From: a virus
Taxonomy: Duplodnaviria > Caudoviricetes
IMG/VR virus record: IMGVR_UViG_3300013137_000001
Span: 1 to 56,876 of that record
Direction: 5' to 3' (one strand)
Length of the DNA stretch: 56,876 bases
The notes under the pieces are model-generated. The model was not told where the DNA came from. It made no database searches and saw only the letters and a list, made by a program, of their open reading frames with translations. Positions 30,326 to 39,888 of the stretch are shown in pieces. The position numbers and the translations under genes are program-made. The stretch's first letter is position 1, and every line of letters begins with the position of its first letter.

Positions 30326-31169
30326 ATTGATCTCCGAAGAATATCTTAGTTACTTGGTCATTGAGTATTTTTTGGTTATTGAAACTAATGCCTTGCTTAT
30401 AACCATGTGTACTTATCCACGTAGATGCCATCATCAAAGAAAATTCTTTATTGTCATATAAATTACTTTCATAGATAAAGCGGTTTTTAAGCATTTGAAC
30501 AATGGGTGGAACAACACCTTCTTCTTTGCCTTTTACAAAAGGTTCAATTAGACTCTTCCATTTTTCTTCAATCATTTTATCAGTATTATCCCAACTCTTG
30601 TTAATCAATATATTCATAGAAGAATCATACATTTTTTCATAACCTTCAAGAAAAAACTCTTGTAACGATTTATCGAGAATACCTTGTGTATGTCTACGCT
30701 TATATGTTATTGCCTGACCAACTACAAGACCATTTTCACAAGCACATATATAAGCCCCCATTGCCATAAATAACGAATTACTTCCATCATAACTATTTAT
30801 CACTTTTATCTTTGGATTTATCTTTTGATTGTTAACCATATGGTATTCATCGAAATTCGTCATTTCCATTATAAACTTAGAATTACCATATCTCTCGATA
30901 CGAGAATACTCGTAACCCTTGTTAGCCAATGATTCAAGTGCATCAACAATATCATTGTTATCAATAGGAATATATTCTTTTCCGGCATAAAGACATTCGT
31001 TTGTGTCTGTTCTAAATAATCCTTTATATCCTGAATGGATTCCGGCAGCATTCATTAAGTCATGTTGTTCAATTGGAAACAATATTCCACTTAAATCATT
31101 TTTTGTCACTATATGTTTATCCGAAGGAACGGATGTCGTTACTCTGTTGTCATCTAATAATGTTATCAT
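30315..31169 (-). CDS. DUF932-family protein
   Basis: FRTDT, INSYDGS, CENG, RRHT motifs. Confidence 0.8.
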   Translation of the reverse strand: MITLLDDNRVTTSVPSDKHIVTKNDLSGILFPIEQHDLMNAAGIHSGYKGLFRTDTNECLYAGKEYIPIDNNDIVDALESLANKGYEYSRIERYGNSKFIMEMTNFDEYHMVNNQKINPKIKVINSYDGSNSLFMAMGAYICACENGLVVGQAITYKRRHTQGILDKSLQEFFLEGYEKMYDSSMNILINKSWDNTDKMIEEKWKSLIEPFVKGKEEGVVPPIVQMLKNRFIYESNLYDNKEFSLMMASTWISTHGYKQGISFNNQKILNDQVTKIFFGDQYDI

Positions 31170-31690
31170 ATTACCTTTCTTCTAAATTCCTTAATAATTT
31201 CCTTTTTTTCTATTGTATCAAAATAAAATACCGATAATGCAAAAGCTTGCCAAATATCCCTAGTAAATCCTGCAAAAAAGTCAGGGTTTCTCTTGTTTCC
31301 TTTGCCATGATTGACATCTGGATACTTGGCAAATCTGTCTATCAGTGCCTGTACAACGTTAGAATCCTTTGCTCTTGTTGAATTACAAATATGTTGCTTG
31401 ATTTCTTTTCTGCTATATCTATAAAATTCATTCCAGTTTTTGTATTGATATGCTATTTCCTGTACTCTTCCGATGAAATAACATGTTTCAATAACACTTT
31501 GTCCTACCGGCATTCCATAACTAACTATACCTTCTATAATAGTCTTATTATACTCGAATTCCCTCAAATGTTTTAATAATTCCTCATTATCAATTTTTGC
31601 GATATATTCGAGATATACGGATTCATTTACATCAAAAGAACAATAAGCTGATTGTATTGTTCCCGGATCAATAAATACATATCTTCTCAT
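31166..31690 (-). CDS. RuvC-like Holliday junction resolvase
   Basis: FIDPG, IIEG, DIWQAFA acidic motifs. Confidence 0.8.
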   Translation of the reverse strand: MRRYVFIDPGTIQSAYCSFDVNESVYLEYIAKIDNEELLKHLREFEYNKTIIEGIVSYGMPVGQSVIETCYFIGRVQEIAYQYKNWNEFYRYSRKEIKQHICNSTRAKDSNVVQALIDRFAKYPDVNHGKGNKRNPDFFAGFTRDIWQAFALSVFYFDTIEKKEIIKEFRRKVI

Positions 31691-31888
31691 TTTTTCTGTT
31701 TCCTAATTTCTGCTTAAACTGATATTATTTTGACGTTGTTAATCACTTCTTCAGAATTATCAGATATAGCATTGAATAATCTGTTATTATATCTGACTTC
31801 GTCATAAATTACATACATACAAATATACATAAATAGAATTAACAATGCAAATATTAAATCAATTATTCTTATTTTTTTTATCATCTTT

Positions 31889-32791
31889 TTATTCTCCTAA
31901 TTTTGATAAATTATTTTTCATATAATTTTCTTTATAATACTCACAAAAATTATTTACACTACAATAATCCATACATCTTACATCTTCTCCTTTTCTAAAT
32001 TCAATTTCATATTCAGGTCCCAAATCATTCAAATGTTCTTCTGCTGCCTTAAATGATTTATGTAATCCACCATTTATTGCACGTGTTCCTCCCTTTTTTC
32101 TTATAGCCCATATATCAGGTTTATTCCATCTTTCTTCCGGTGAACAAGGGTTTTTATTATCTGAGAAATGCAATTCTAACCTGTCTAATATATATTTCTC
32201 GATTTCATCGTTTTCCATTAACTGTATATCCTTTGTTACAAATGGGATATCAGGCATCTTGGAATCATATGTATCTTTTTTATGAAAATCCCTCAATATT
32301 GCATTTACTTCCAATTTATCAATATCGGCACCTATGGATCTTAATAAATAAGCATATATATTTAATTGCATCACCCATTCCTCTTTGTCCTTATCAACAC
32401 TATATTTCGATGTAACCTTCCAATCACTTATCTTGTTATTCCGAATATCCCAGTCATCAACAATACCGACCAATGTAACTTTAAAAGTTTTTTCGGGTTC
32501 ATCTTTATCTAATACTAAATAAAAGTCTTTTTCTACTTTAAATTCGGTTATAGTAGTTTTACTCATCGTAGAAAGCAAACTATGTACTGATTTAGCAAGT
32601 AATGCCCAAAGTCTTTGAGTCACATCTTCTTTGATTTGGTCATAGTATTTATTTGTTAACATCCTTCTGTAAGGACTATCAATTAACGAAGTAACCCCTA
32701 TTCTCCATGGGATAAATTCATAGTTGCTTATTTCTAATTTTACAGCATTTACCAAAGATAACGGTAAATTATAATTATTCGTTATTTCCAT
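31889..32791 (-). CDS. PD-(D/E)XK (Cas4-like) exonuclease
   Basis: GIVD..DWKVT, QLNIY, C-terminal C..RCMDYCSVNNFC. Confidence 0.85.
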   Translation of the reverse strand: MEITNNYNLPLSLVNAVKLEISNYEFIPWRIGVTSLIDSPYRRMLTNKYYDQIKEDVTQRLWALLAKSVHSLLSTMSKTTITEFKVEKDFYLVLDKDEPEKTFKVTLVGIVDDWDIRNNKISDWKVTSKYSVDKDKEEWVMQLNIYAYLLRSIGADIDKLEVNAILRDFHKKDTYDSKMPDIPFVTKDIQLMENDEIEKYILDRLELHFSDNKNPCSPEERWNKPDIWAIRKKGGTRAINGGLHKSFKAAEEHLNDLGPEYEIEFRKGEDVRCMDYCSVNNFCEYYKENYMKNNLSKLGE

Positions 32792-33230
32792 TATTTTCCT
32801 CCTTTAAAATATCATGTGGTTTTTCTCTTAAATCCATTTCACTTAGTATTACCTCGTATTCCGAATATGGAACAAAGTCGACCAGTTGTTCATATATTTC
32901 CCATTCACTGAATCCCGCTAAAAACAGTTTTTGCAATATTGTCTTTACTATTTCCCATTCAGAAAGTTTCCAGTATTTTTTCAGATTATTAGCGTCTTCG
33001 GAATAATCTTTTGTTTTTTCCATTTCTATTTCCTTAAATAATTCATATTGTTTTACATCCTTTAATTGCATTATAGAACTTGCTAAAGTTTTCGTTGTTG
33101 TCGGTTTATAGCATTCTTCAGCAGGTACAACCATTTCCTTTCCGCTATTTCTCTTTACAACATATGTATCGTGCCCCAATAAACATTTTTGTATGCTTAA
33201 TGCCCTACATCCGAAACAATCCTTTTTCAT
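32775..33230 (-). CDS. Hypothetical protein with Cys-rich N-terminus
   Basis: CFGC...C...EECYKP. Confidence 0.6.
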   Translation of the reverse strand: MKKDCFGCRALSIQKCLLGHDTYVVKRNSGKEMVVPAEECYKPTTTKTLASSIMQLKDVKQYELFKEIEMEKTKDYSEDANNLKKYWKLSEWEIVKTILQKLFLAGFSEWEIYEQLVDFVPYSEYEVILSEMDLREKPHDILKEENNGNNE

Positions 33231-33538
33231 TCTTTTTCACATATTATTATACTTCTTTGCTTTAATAAATCAAATATTAACCTAAAATTAGTTTCACTAA
33301 TAGGCAGAGAAAACCCTATCATAGAGTCTTTCCCGAATCTCTTTATTTCCAATTGTTCTTCTGAATCGAAGAATCTGGATATAAACTTTGCATCATCGTT
33401 AAACGATATTAATTCATTTTTTTCGTGGAACATTACCAACGCTCCTTCGTGTCTTGCTTTTATGACATGATAATAATCATCTTCGGAAAAGTCTCTTTCT
33501 TTATTGATTATCATTGATTTCCAATATTGATTTTCCAT
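33227..33538 (-). CDS. Hypothetical protein
   Basis: 103 aa, coupled to neighbour. Confidence 0.6.
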   Translation of the reverse strand: MENQYWKSMIINKERDFSEDDYYHVIKARHEGALVMFHEKNELISFNDDAKFISRFFDSEEQLEIKRFGKDSMIGFSLPISETNFRLIFDLLKQRSIIICEKE

Positions 33539-33555
33539 ACTTATCCTTGTTATGC

Positions 33556-33741
33556 TTACGAAATATATATACCAATCCTTGATTTTCCATTTCTTTTCGT
33601 AAATTCAAAAAAAGTATCTTGTAAGGATATCATCACATCTTTTAAATCTGCAATATTTTCTCCGTTTTTTGCAGCAACATCTCCGTTTTCACGTATAATC
33701 AAGTTTATTGTAATTTCTATTTTTTCTTCTTTTTTGAACAT
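33556..33741 (-). CDS. Hypothetical protein
   Basis: Likely start MFKKEE after GGAG. Confidence 0.5.
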   Translation of the reverse strand: MFKKEEKIEITINLIIRENGDVAAKNGENIADLKDVMISLQDTFFEFTKRNGKSRIGIYIS

Positions 33742-33911
33742 ATTTTCTCCCATAATAATGTTAATATATAAACTATTTTCCTGTTTACTCGATTGCCTTG
33801 GACACTTTTGCTAAGAACCTTTTGAGCCATTTCATCATAATCAGCATCTTCTTTAGCATGGTATTCTCTGCGTTCATTAGAGTCCATTTCGTAATAATCT
33901 TTATCTAACAT
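33717..33911 (-). CDS. Hypothetical protein
   Basis: 64 aa, in operon. Confidence 0.45.
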   Translation of the reverse strand: MLDKDYYEMDSNERREYHAKEDADYDEMAQKVLSKSVQGNRVNRKIVYILTLLWEKICSKKKKK

Positions 33912-33912
33912 G

Positions 33913-34131
33913 CTAAATCCGGATTAAGTTCTTTAAGTGGGGATTCTCTATCTTAATATAACTTTTTACTCTTTTTACAAAGTCTTTTGATTTGTCGGAT
34001 TCAGGATTTTCAATATAATCCACAATGTCATTTAATAATAAATCACGTTTTTCAGTCATTTCCCTTAATCGTTCCGCTTGCTCAACAAACCTATGCTGAA
34101 CTTCTAGCCATTCTTGTATTTTTATTTTCAT
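33913..34131 (-). CDS. Hypothetical protein
   Basis: 72 aa. Confidence 0.55.
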   Translation of the reverse strand: MKIKIQEWLEVQHRFVEQAERLREMTEKRDLLLNDIVDYIENPESDKSKDFVKRVKSYIKIENPHLKNLIRI

Positions 34132-34153
34132 AGTTTATTGTTTTTAAATATAA

Positions 34154-34393
34154 TTATTCTACTAGACTAATATTTCTTGTTGCTTTTTTAATATCTTCAT
34201 TATAATCAGTGTATAATTCTAATATATCTTTTTCACTTAGTCCATTCTTTTTTAAAATATATTTTTCTAAATGTCTCAATATATGGTCATCTGCTTCTGG
34301 TAACCACCCAGATATTAGTTTTCCATAATCAGTCATTGGTAAATTCGTTGAAATATAAGTTACCAATAATTTTCTTTCATCGTTATTATACAT
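34154..34393 (-). CDS. Hypothetical protein
   Basis: 79 aa, AAGGA SD. Confidence 0.55.
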   Translation of the reverse strand: MYNNDERKLLVTYISTNLPMTDYGKLISGWLPEADDHILRHLEKYILKKNGLSEKDILELYTDYNEDIKKATRNISLVE

Positions 34394-34435
34394 AATGATC
34401 CTTTCTTTTTATAAATGTTATTCCTATTGTTGTAT

Positions 34436-34753
34436 TCATATTCCTTTTTTCTTCCGGTAGTCTGAAATAATCCATTGTATATTTACTATATCTTTATGTT
34501 CCTTATTTGTCTCATCGAAAACTATATGTATTATTGCCTTAATATCTTCTTCTGTAAACACTGGTCCTTGCACTTCTCGGATAATACCTTGCTGAATAAG
34601 TAAATCCGCTTGCTTTTCATTGAACCACAAATCAATGCCTTTATAATTCGTATGTATTCTGTAACGTGTCGGATTGTAAGAATAGACTTCAATGGGAAAA
34701 CCACTTCCCAATCCACCAATATCAACAGCTAATTCATATTTTTTCTCTTTCAT
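34436..34753 (-). CDS. Hypothetical protein, paralog copy A
   Basis: First ~70 aa nearly identical to 35186-35539. Confidence 0.7.
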   Translation of the reverse strand: MKEKKYELAVDIGGLGSGFPIEVYSYNPTRYRIHTNYKGIDLWFNEKQADLLIQQGIIREVQGPVFTEEDIKAIIHIVFDETNKEHKDIVNIQWIISDYRKKKGI

Positions 34754-34825
34754 CTTTGTTCTCCTGTTATTGTTTTAAAATGATTAATTACGTAATCTAA
34801 AACTAATTCATAGTTCTTTTGAGGG

Positions 34826-35035
34826 TCATCTGAATATGGACTTGCTAAGTAAATCATATGCTTCGTAATCCCATTTGTCAATAATCTTTTTATTAAATAG
34901 TATTATATACCAGCCATACCATTTTACACGATGGAATCCAAATAAAACCCATGAATTTATGCAGAATATCCCAAAAGAAATTTTGCCTAAATCCAATAAC
35001 AAATATCCAAATTCAACATAAATTTTCTTTTTCAT
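34826..35035 (-). CDS. Aromatic-rich hypothetical protein
   Basis: Likely start MKKKIYVEF overlapping upstream stop (ATGA). Confidence 0.45.
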   Translation of the reverse strand: MKKKIYVEFGYLLLDLGKISFGIFCINSWVLFGFHRVKWYGWYIILFNKKIIDKWDYEAYDLLSKSIFR

Positions 35036-35202
35036 ATCCCTTTTCCCTTCAAATCTTGTAAATTCTGTTTTAAAATACTTTTTAACCTCTTTTTCATAGT
35101 GCCGTATTGATAGTAATATTCGTATTTGTTTTCTCGCCGAATAAACCATCGAATCCAATCTTTCAATTTGCCTTTCGGGGTGTCTTTATGAGTTCTGCTC
35201 AT
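35032..35202 (-). CDS. Small basic protein
   Basis: Likely start MSRTHKD. Confidence 0.5.
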   Translation of the reverse strand: MSRTHKDTPKGKLKDWIRWFIRRENKYEYYYQYGTMKKRLKSILKQNLQDLKGKGI

Positions 35203-35539
35203 TCCCTTTTTCCTTTTTCTTTTCTGAAACAAGTGTTTCTGCATCAACATATTCAGTATGTTGACCCGCAGTACTATCATACCACTTGGTATTAACCGTT
35301 CTTATTATTTGACAATCTGCCAACATTTCAATTACATCTTCCTCTGTAAATATTGGTTCCTGCACTTCTCGGATAATTCCTTGCTGAATAAGTAAATCCA
35401 CTTGCTTTTCATTGAAGTACAAATCAATGCCTTTGCAATTCGTATGCGTTTTGTAACGTGTCGGATTGTAAGAATGGACTTCAATGGGAAAACCACTCCC
35501 CAGTCCACCAATATCAACAGCTAATTCATATTTTTTCAT
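35186..35539 (-). CDS. Hypothetical protein, paralog copy B
   Basis: See copy A. Confidence 0.7.
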   Translation of the reverse strand: MKKYELAVDIGGLGSGFPIEVHSYNPTRYKTHTNCKGIDLYFNEKQVDLLIQQGIIREVQEPIFTEEDVIEMLADCQIIRTVNTKWYDSTAGQHTEYVDAETLVSEKKKEKGNEQNS

Positions 35540-35856
35540 CTTTGCTCTCCTGTTGTTGTTTTAATTGTTAATTTTCCATCTAAACAAATCGGCTCGTGGT
35601 GAATTTCACGTCCTGCTTTCCATGAGTTACAAGTAATATTATGATAAGCTGTGCAAAATGCGTAATAACTGATGTCCCTTGCGTTGATGTTCTCTACGTT
35701 GATGTCTCCCGCGTTGATGCTCAATGCGTTGATTTCCCATGCGTTGATTGAAGCATTAATATCAATATTGCAATAAAATGTAACAGAATCGTTGATTGTT
35801 AACATTCTGCCCTTAATATCTTTTTTTACTTCGTCATTTGTGTTGTAAATTTTCAT
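35536..35856 (-). CDS. Protein with INAxx pentapeptide repeats
   Basis: INASINAWEINALSINAGDINVENINARDI. Confidence 0.65.
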   Translation of the reverse strand: MKIYNTNDEVKKDIKGRMLTINDSVTFYCNIDINASINAWEINALSINAGDINVENINARDISYYAFCTAYHNITCNSWKAGREIHHEPICLDGKLTIKTTTGEQR

Positions 35857-35996
35857 CTTTGTTCTCTTGTTTTTTGAACTTTAATCTATACGGTGTTTTT
35901 ACAATTATTATTGTCTTGTCTTGTATTTTTAACACTACCAACAAAATTAATGTTTCCCATATACCGATAGAAACTCCCATCATAAATAATAATATT

Positions 35997-36233
35997 TCAT
36001 TCATTTTCCTGCTCCTTAATTAGTTCTAATAAATCAAAAAATTCATGTAAATCATCTACATCATTAAATAGCCAATACATTATTTTTTTTTGCCTTTTAA
36101 CCAACTCACCTAATTCTACATAAGGTCGGAGTTGCTCTAAAAGTTCATTAGTGTAATCCAAAAATGGCCCGTCATCAATACCTGCGTTTAAATGTTCTTT
36201 TATTTCATCAATCTTGCTCATAAATCCTCCCAA
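35997..36233 (-). CDS. Hypothetical protein
   Basis: Probably starts MSKIDE after GGAGG. Confidence 0.55.
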   Translation of the reverse strand: MGGFMSKIDEIKEHLNAGIDDGPFLDYTNELLEQLRPYVELGELVKRQKKIMYWLFNDVDDLHEFFDLLELIKEQENE

Positions 36234-36643
36234 AAATGTAATTCAATACCTGCTTTTTTACAGTCGTTTATAAAGTCGTCAAGGGTGCGGGGATTAAAAG
36301 GAAATTCAACATTTTCTTTGTTATTTGTAAATATCATATAACCATTTATAATTTTATTATCGGGTACCCAAATTTCAATATTATCGTTAATGTATTTATG
36401 ATAATACTTTTCAACATCTTCATCGTATTCATAAACATACTTCCACCCTTCAAAATACTTTGTTATTAGTTCAGGTATGAAGGGCTGTGAATAAAAATCT
36501 AATATCAAGTTACCTAATTTTGTTACACCTTTTTTGTGCTTTAATAACTTTTCAAAATAAATCATTTGCTCTGATAAATCTAAGTTTATATCGCAATTTG
36601 CAAAATACTCATTACACAATTCTAAATAACTTAGTGCTTTCAT
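36218..36643 (-). CDS. Hypothetical protein
   Basis: 141 aa, GGAGG SD. Confidence 0.6.
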   Translation of the reverse strand: MKALSYLELCNEYFANCDINLDLSEQMIYFEKLLKHKKGVTKLGNLILDFYSQPFIPELITKYFEGWKYVYEYDEDVEKYYHKYINDNIEIWVPDNKIINGYMIFTNNKENVEFPFNPRTLDDFINDCKKAGIELHFWEDL

Positions 36644-36867
36644 AAATCCTCCTTAAATGCTGATTGCAAATATTCATATTCATCTTTATTTGCGGATATA
36701 CATTGTTCAATAGCGCTTGCTTTTGTTTTATGATTTCCCCAATAACTTTGAGAATGTGCCCTTAATAACCTATCAGTACAAAATCCGTACTGCTGTTTTT
36801 TCCATTTTATAACGTATCCCATCAATACTCCATTGTATAGCACCTTTTCTGTTTCTCCGTTTTTCAT
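36640..36867 (-). CDS. Hypothetical protein
   Basis: 75 aa, GGAG SD. Confidence 0.55.
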   Translation of the reverse strand: MKNGETEKVLYNGVLMGYVIKWKKQQYGFCTDRLLRAHSQSYWGNHKTKASAIEQCISANKDEYEYLQSAFKEDL

Positions 36868-36910
36868 AAATTCTCCGAAATTTTATTCGTTAAATAATCT
36901 TTAAGTATTC

Positions 36911-36946
36911 CCGGTATAACTTCACGCTACTGTAATGTTATACCGG
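36911..36946. other. Intergenic stem-loop
   Basis: CCGGTATAAC / GTTATACCGG 10-bp stem, 16-nt loop. Confidence 0.55.
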
Positions 36947-37021
36947 ATAAATACGATTTTTATATGTTTTCATCAGTTTATAGTCTTTTCATAACATATA
37001 GTAAAATAGGACTTTTTTTGA

Positions 37022-37285
37022 CTAGAGGTTAGTCTTTGTAGGCAATTTTAGTACTTCTCTGCATATAGCACTGATTGATTCATTCAAAAGATACCCAAAA
37101 CTATCTCCGATTCGTCTTGCTATTTCAGACATCTGATTGTATTTAACTTTGTATCCTAATTCTTCTACATCCTCAGAACCAATATACAAACAAACAAATG
37201 TTCCCATTGATTCTAATTTCTGTATTAGTCTTTGTTGTTCAGTATAATTCCATTTGGCATTAGCTTTTTTTAATTTCTTACTCAT
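37022..37285 (-). CDS. Hypothetical protein
   Basis: Likely start MSKKLKK after GGAG. Confidence 0.55.
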   Translation of the reverse strand: MSKKLKKANAKWNYTEQQRLIQKLESMGTFVCLYIGSEDVEELGYKVKYNQMSEIARRIGDSFGYLLNESISAICREVLKLPTKTNL

Positions 37286-37701
37286 TATGTCTCCCAGTCT
37301 ATTAGTTTTGGAACAAAAAAGCCAAAATATTTTGTCCAAATTTTAGTAAACATTTCATCATTAAATAATTCTTGAGCAACAGATATTGTGCATTTATTAC
37401 AAAATTTCTCTTCTATCTCAGAATAATGGTCAAAAGAAGTATCAAGGTAGTTACCGTAAACTACGACATCTGCAAATATGTTTTCAAGTCCTTCTTTCTC
37501 GCCAACTTGTGCTATCATAAAATCAAGCATAGCCTGATAACATAAAGCCACTAAATCAATTTGTCTAAGAGAAATACCGTTTTCTTCGTTATCTTTCAAT
37601 TGTTCAAGTACCTTGTCGTAAATATCAATATCGCTAATAATATCTTCTGCTAATGATACATCTCGTTCGCCAAGACATAAATAATCATCAATTATACTCA
37701 T
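37285..37701 (-). CDS. Acidic hypothetical protein
   Basis: 138 aa, GGAG SD. Confidence 0.6.
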   Translation of the reverse strand: MSIIDDYLCLGERDVSLAEDIISDIDIYDKVLEQLKDNEENGISLRQIDLVALCYQAMLDFMIAQVGEKEGLENIFADVVVYGNYLDTSFDHYSEIEEKFCNKCTISVAQELFNDEMFTKIWTKYFGFFVPKLIDWET

Positions 37702-37895
37702 TTTATCTCCGTTAATTCTTTAATAATATTTGTTTTGTTTTTATCTATATCAATTTCCAGCCCAGGATTATTTTTCTCTATTTGGCTGATAATCGTTTGT
37801 ATCATAACTTCTGCTATTGCAAAATCTTTAGCTTTTACCCAACGGCAAAAAGAACCGGTGAAACTTATTTTTATACAATATTCTTTGTTTACCAT
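37698..37895 (-). CDS. Hypothetical protein
   Basis: 65 aa. Confidence 0.5.
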   Translation of the reverse strand: MVNKEYCIKISFTGSFCRWVKAKDFAIAEVMIQTIISQIEKNNPGLEIDIDKNKTNIIKELTEIK

Positions 37896-38179
37896 TTGGT
37901 TCCCTTTCTGCTTCCAAATATTTCTCCAGCAGTTCTCGTAGAATAAGAATTCATAACCAACAATTGGTCATGATTTAATCCTCCAGAACGAGATGTCCTG
38001 TAATCTTTTCTGCAATTAGGGCATATGTATTTTCCAGTAGATTCGTGATATTTCACTTTTCCATGTGAAAATCCTTCGTTACAAATGTCGCAAATATCTA
38101 GCATAGTGCAATCAACGTCAATTCTTTGACCGATAACTCCATTGGAAATTAACTTTTTGCCTATTGTCTTTTTTGTCAT
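37889..38179 (-). CDS. Zinc-ribbon protein
   Basis: CDIC...CPNC. Confidence 0.6.
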   Translation of the reverse strand: MTKKTIGKKLISNGVIGQRIDVDCTMLDICDICNEGFSHGKVKYHESTGKYICPNCRKDYRTSRSGGLNHDQLLVMNSYSTRTAGEIFGSRKGTKW

Positions 38180-38193
38180 AAGTATCTCCTAAA

Positions 38194-38385
38194 TTAATGT
38201 TCTTTAGATTCATGGAATTCTTTATACAATAATCTTGTGTAGTTCCGGAGTACTTTAAATACATTCTTTTGCATACTGCCTTGTTCCCAGTAATCTTTAG
38301 ATTCATGTTCTCTCAAGTAAGGCAATAATTCCTTATATACCTTGTATATTTGCCCTTCGTATAAAACGCTTCTTAATTTTCTCAT
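38194..38385 (-). CDS. Hypothetical protein
   Basis: 63 aa, AAGGA SD. Confidence 0.5.
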   Translation of the reverse strand: MRKLRSVLYEGQIYKVYKELLPYLREHESKDYWEQGSMQKNVFKVLRNYTRLLYKEFHESKEH

Positions 38386-38400
38386 AAATATCCTTTCTGT

Positions 38401-38739
38401 TCATAAATATCCCTTATATCGCCAATAATAAATTATTCCGTTTTTATCAACATACATCTGAACATATTTTTTATATGTAATATTCTGAGGAGCAGTATAA
38501 GTTATATCACCATCCCAACTTTTACTGATTTTTCCAGGAATCTGATAACCCGTGTTCCCGGAATATGCCCAAATGTAAATCTTGCCATCACCTCCGTCAG
38601 ATGTTGTTTCCGTAGGAGGTCCCCATGCCCTTATTAAGCTACTAATATGACTCCCTTTCCATGAATTACATATGTCAGTCATACTTGTACAACCGTAAAA
38701 TAACAATATTAGTACCGTAAAATAAACCACCTTTTTCAT
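38401..38739 (-). CDS. Lipoprotein (possible superinfection exclusion)
   Basis: MKKVVYFTVLILLFYGC lipobox-like signal; WGPP motif; first gene of the leftward cluster. Confidence 0.7.
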   Translation of the reverse strand: MKKVVYFTVLILLFYGCTSMTDICNSWKGSHISSLIRAWGPPTETTSDGGDGKIYIWAYSGNTGYQIPGKISKSWDGDITYTAPQNITYKKYVQMYVDKNGIIYYWRYKGYL

Positions 38740-38777
38740 AAGTATCCCTTCTATTTATAAATATACTTAAATATAAA

Positions 38778-38918
38778 TGCAGTACACGTATCATTTCCGC
38801 AAAAAATGCGGATTTCCGCAAAAAATGCGGAAAAATTTATGTAACTATTTTGTCATTTAATCATTGGAGGAATTTAATGTCAGAAGCTGTTTCCAATAAA
38901 TAACATACGTGTACTGCA
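38778..38918. repeat. 14-bp inverted repeat enclosing a tandem pair of 19-bp hairpin units
   Basis: TGCAGTACACGTAT 38778-38791 / ATACGTGTACTGCA 38905-38918; ATTTCCGCAAAAAATGCGG at 38793 and 38812. Confidence 0.9.
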
Positions 38919-39047
38919 AAATTAAAACTATGTAGCAACACAACCAAATATTTCTACAACAGTTTTGTATTTACAGATAAAAAAGAATAGGAAAAAAAAA
39001 TGTGAATATTGTTACTTAGGTAAACTTAGCTAAGGGGAAAAACATCA

Positions 39048-39087
39048 TAGCCCAAATTAGCCCAAATTAGCCCAAATTAGCCCAAAT
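39048..39087. repeat. Four perfect 10-bp tandem repeats
   Basis: TAGCCCAAAT x4. Confidence 0.95.
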
Positions 39088-39687
39088 CCTTGGAATTTTG
39101 GTACAGCCCTTAATAATTAAGTGGTTGTTAATATGTATTATTACAAAATATAGCACATAATGTGTATAGGGACCCCGCAGGGTGGTACATCAAAAAACTA
39201 AAACAGTCCTTCCCCCCCGTCATCGAGGTAGGGGGTAGCATCAAAAAAAAACAGCCCTTGCTGAATAATCTGTACTTACCTGGCTACAACAGCCATATCG
39301 ATACTATCGTTAACCTTAATAATAGATATTATACTACTAATATAATACTACTAGTATTATAATACTACTAAGAAATATACTACAAGAAAAAAGATATATA
39401 AAAAGATTCAATGTAGTATCATTGTAGTATTAATACCTTGCTACTTAGTTACTATTGTAATCTTAGAATACATTATATTCATACTTCTACTAAGATAAAG
39501 ATAAAAAGGTAAATAATACTATTACCTTCATAATTTAATTATAAGAGTAGTTAATATTAATTTCATCATAATATACTACTAAGGGGATAAAAACGCAGCC
39601 AGCTCAAAGCAAACCCTATAGAAATGCCATTGTATATTCTTCTGTATATACAAAATTATTTTTATTAACAAATCATTGGAGTTTACA

Positions 39688-39888
39688 ATGACACAATTTC
39701 ATATTTCGCTTTGTGATGAAGACTCTATTAGGTCAGTACTTAAAAGAGCAGTAGTCAGTTCAGTATTTCCTTCTATAAGTGAAATACTGCATGATGAACA
39801 AATTGATAGTAAAGATATCAATTTAGATGACGTAAGCACTTACGGATTAATTGTTTTACTAAAATTAGCCCATGGAGTTATATCATGA
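39688..39888 (+). CDS. Hypothetical protein (plus-strand island)
   Basis: ATG after GGAG. Confidence 0.55.
   Translation: MTQFHISLCDEDSIRSVLKRAVVSSVFPSISEILHDEQIDSKDINLDDVSTYGLIVLLKLAHGVIS

Noticed and set aside
34545-35563. Diversity-generating retroelement TR/VR pair
   Set aside because: Mismatches are mixed rather than adenine-specific, both copies are N-terminal coding regions, and no reverse transcriptase is present
174-38000. Plus-strand ORFs in the track here and in 42836-56366
   Set aside because: Antisense shadows of long minus-strand genes, without SDs or motifs
39162-39362. 66-aa plus-strand ORF
   Set aside because: Crosses repeat and low-complexity control DNA, no SD; probably non-coding
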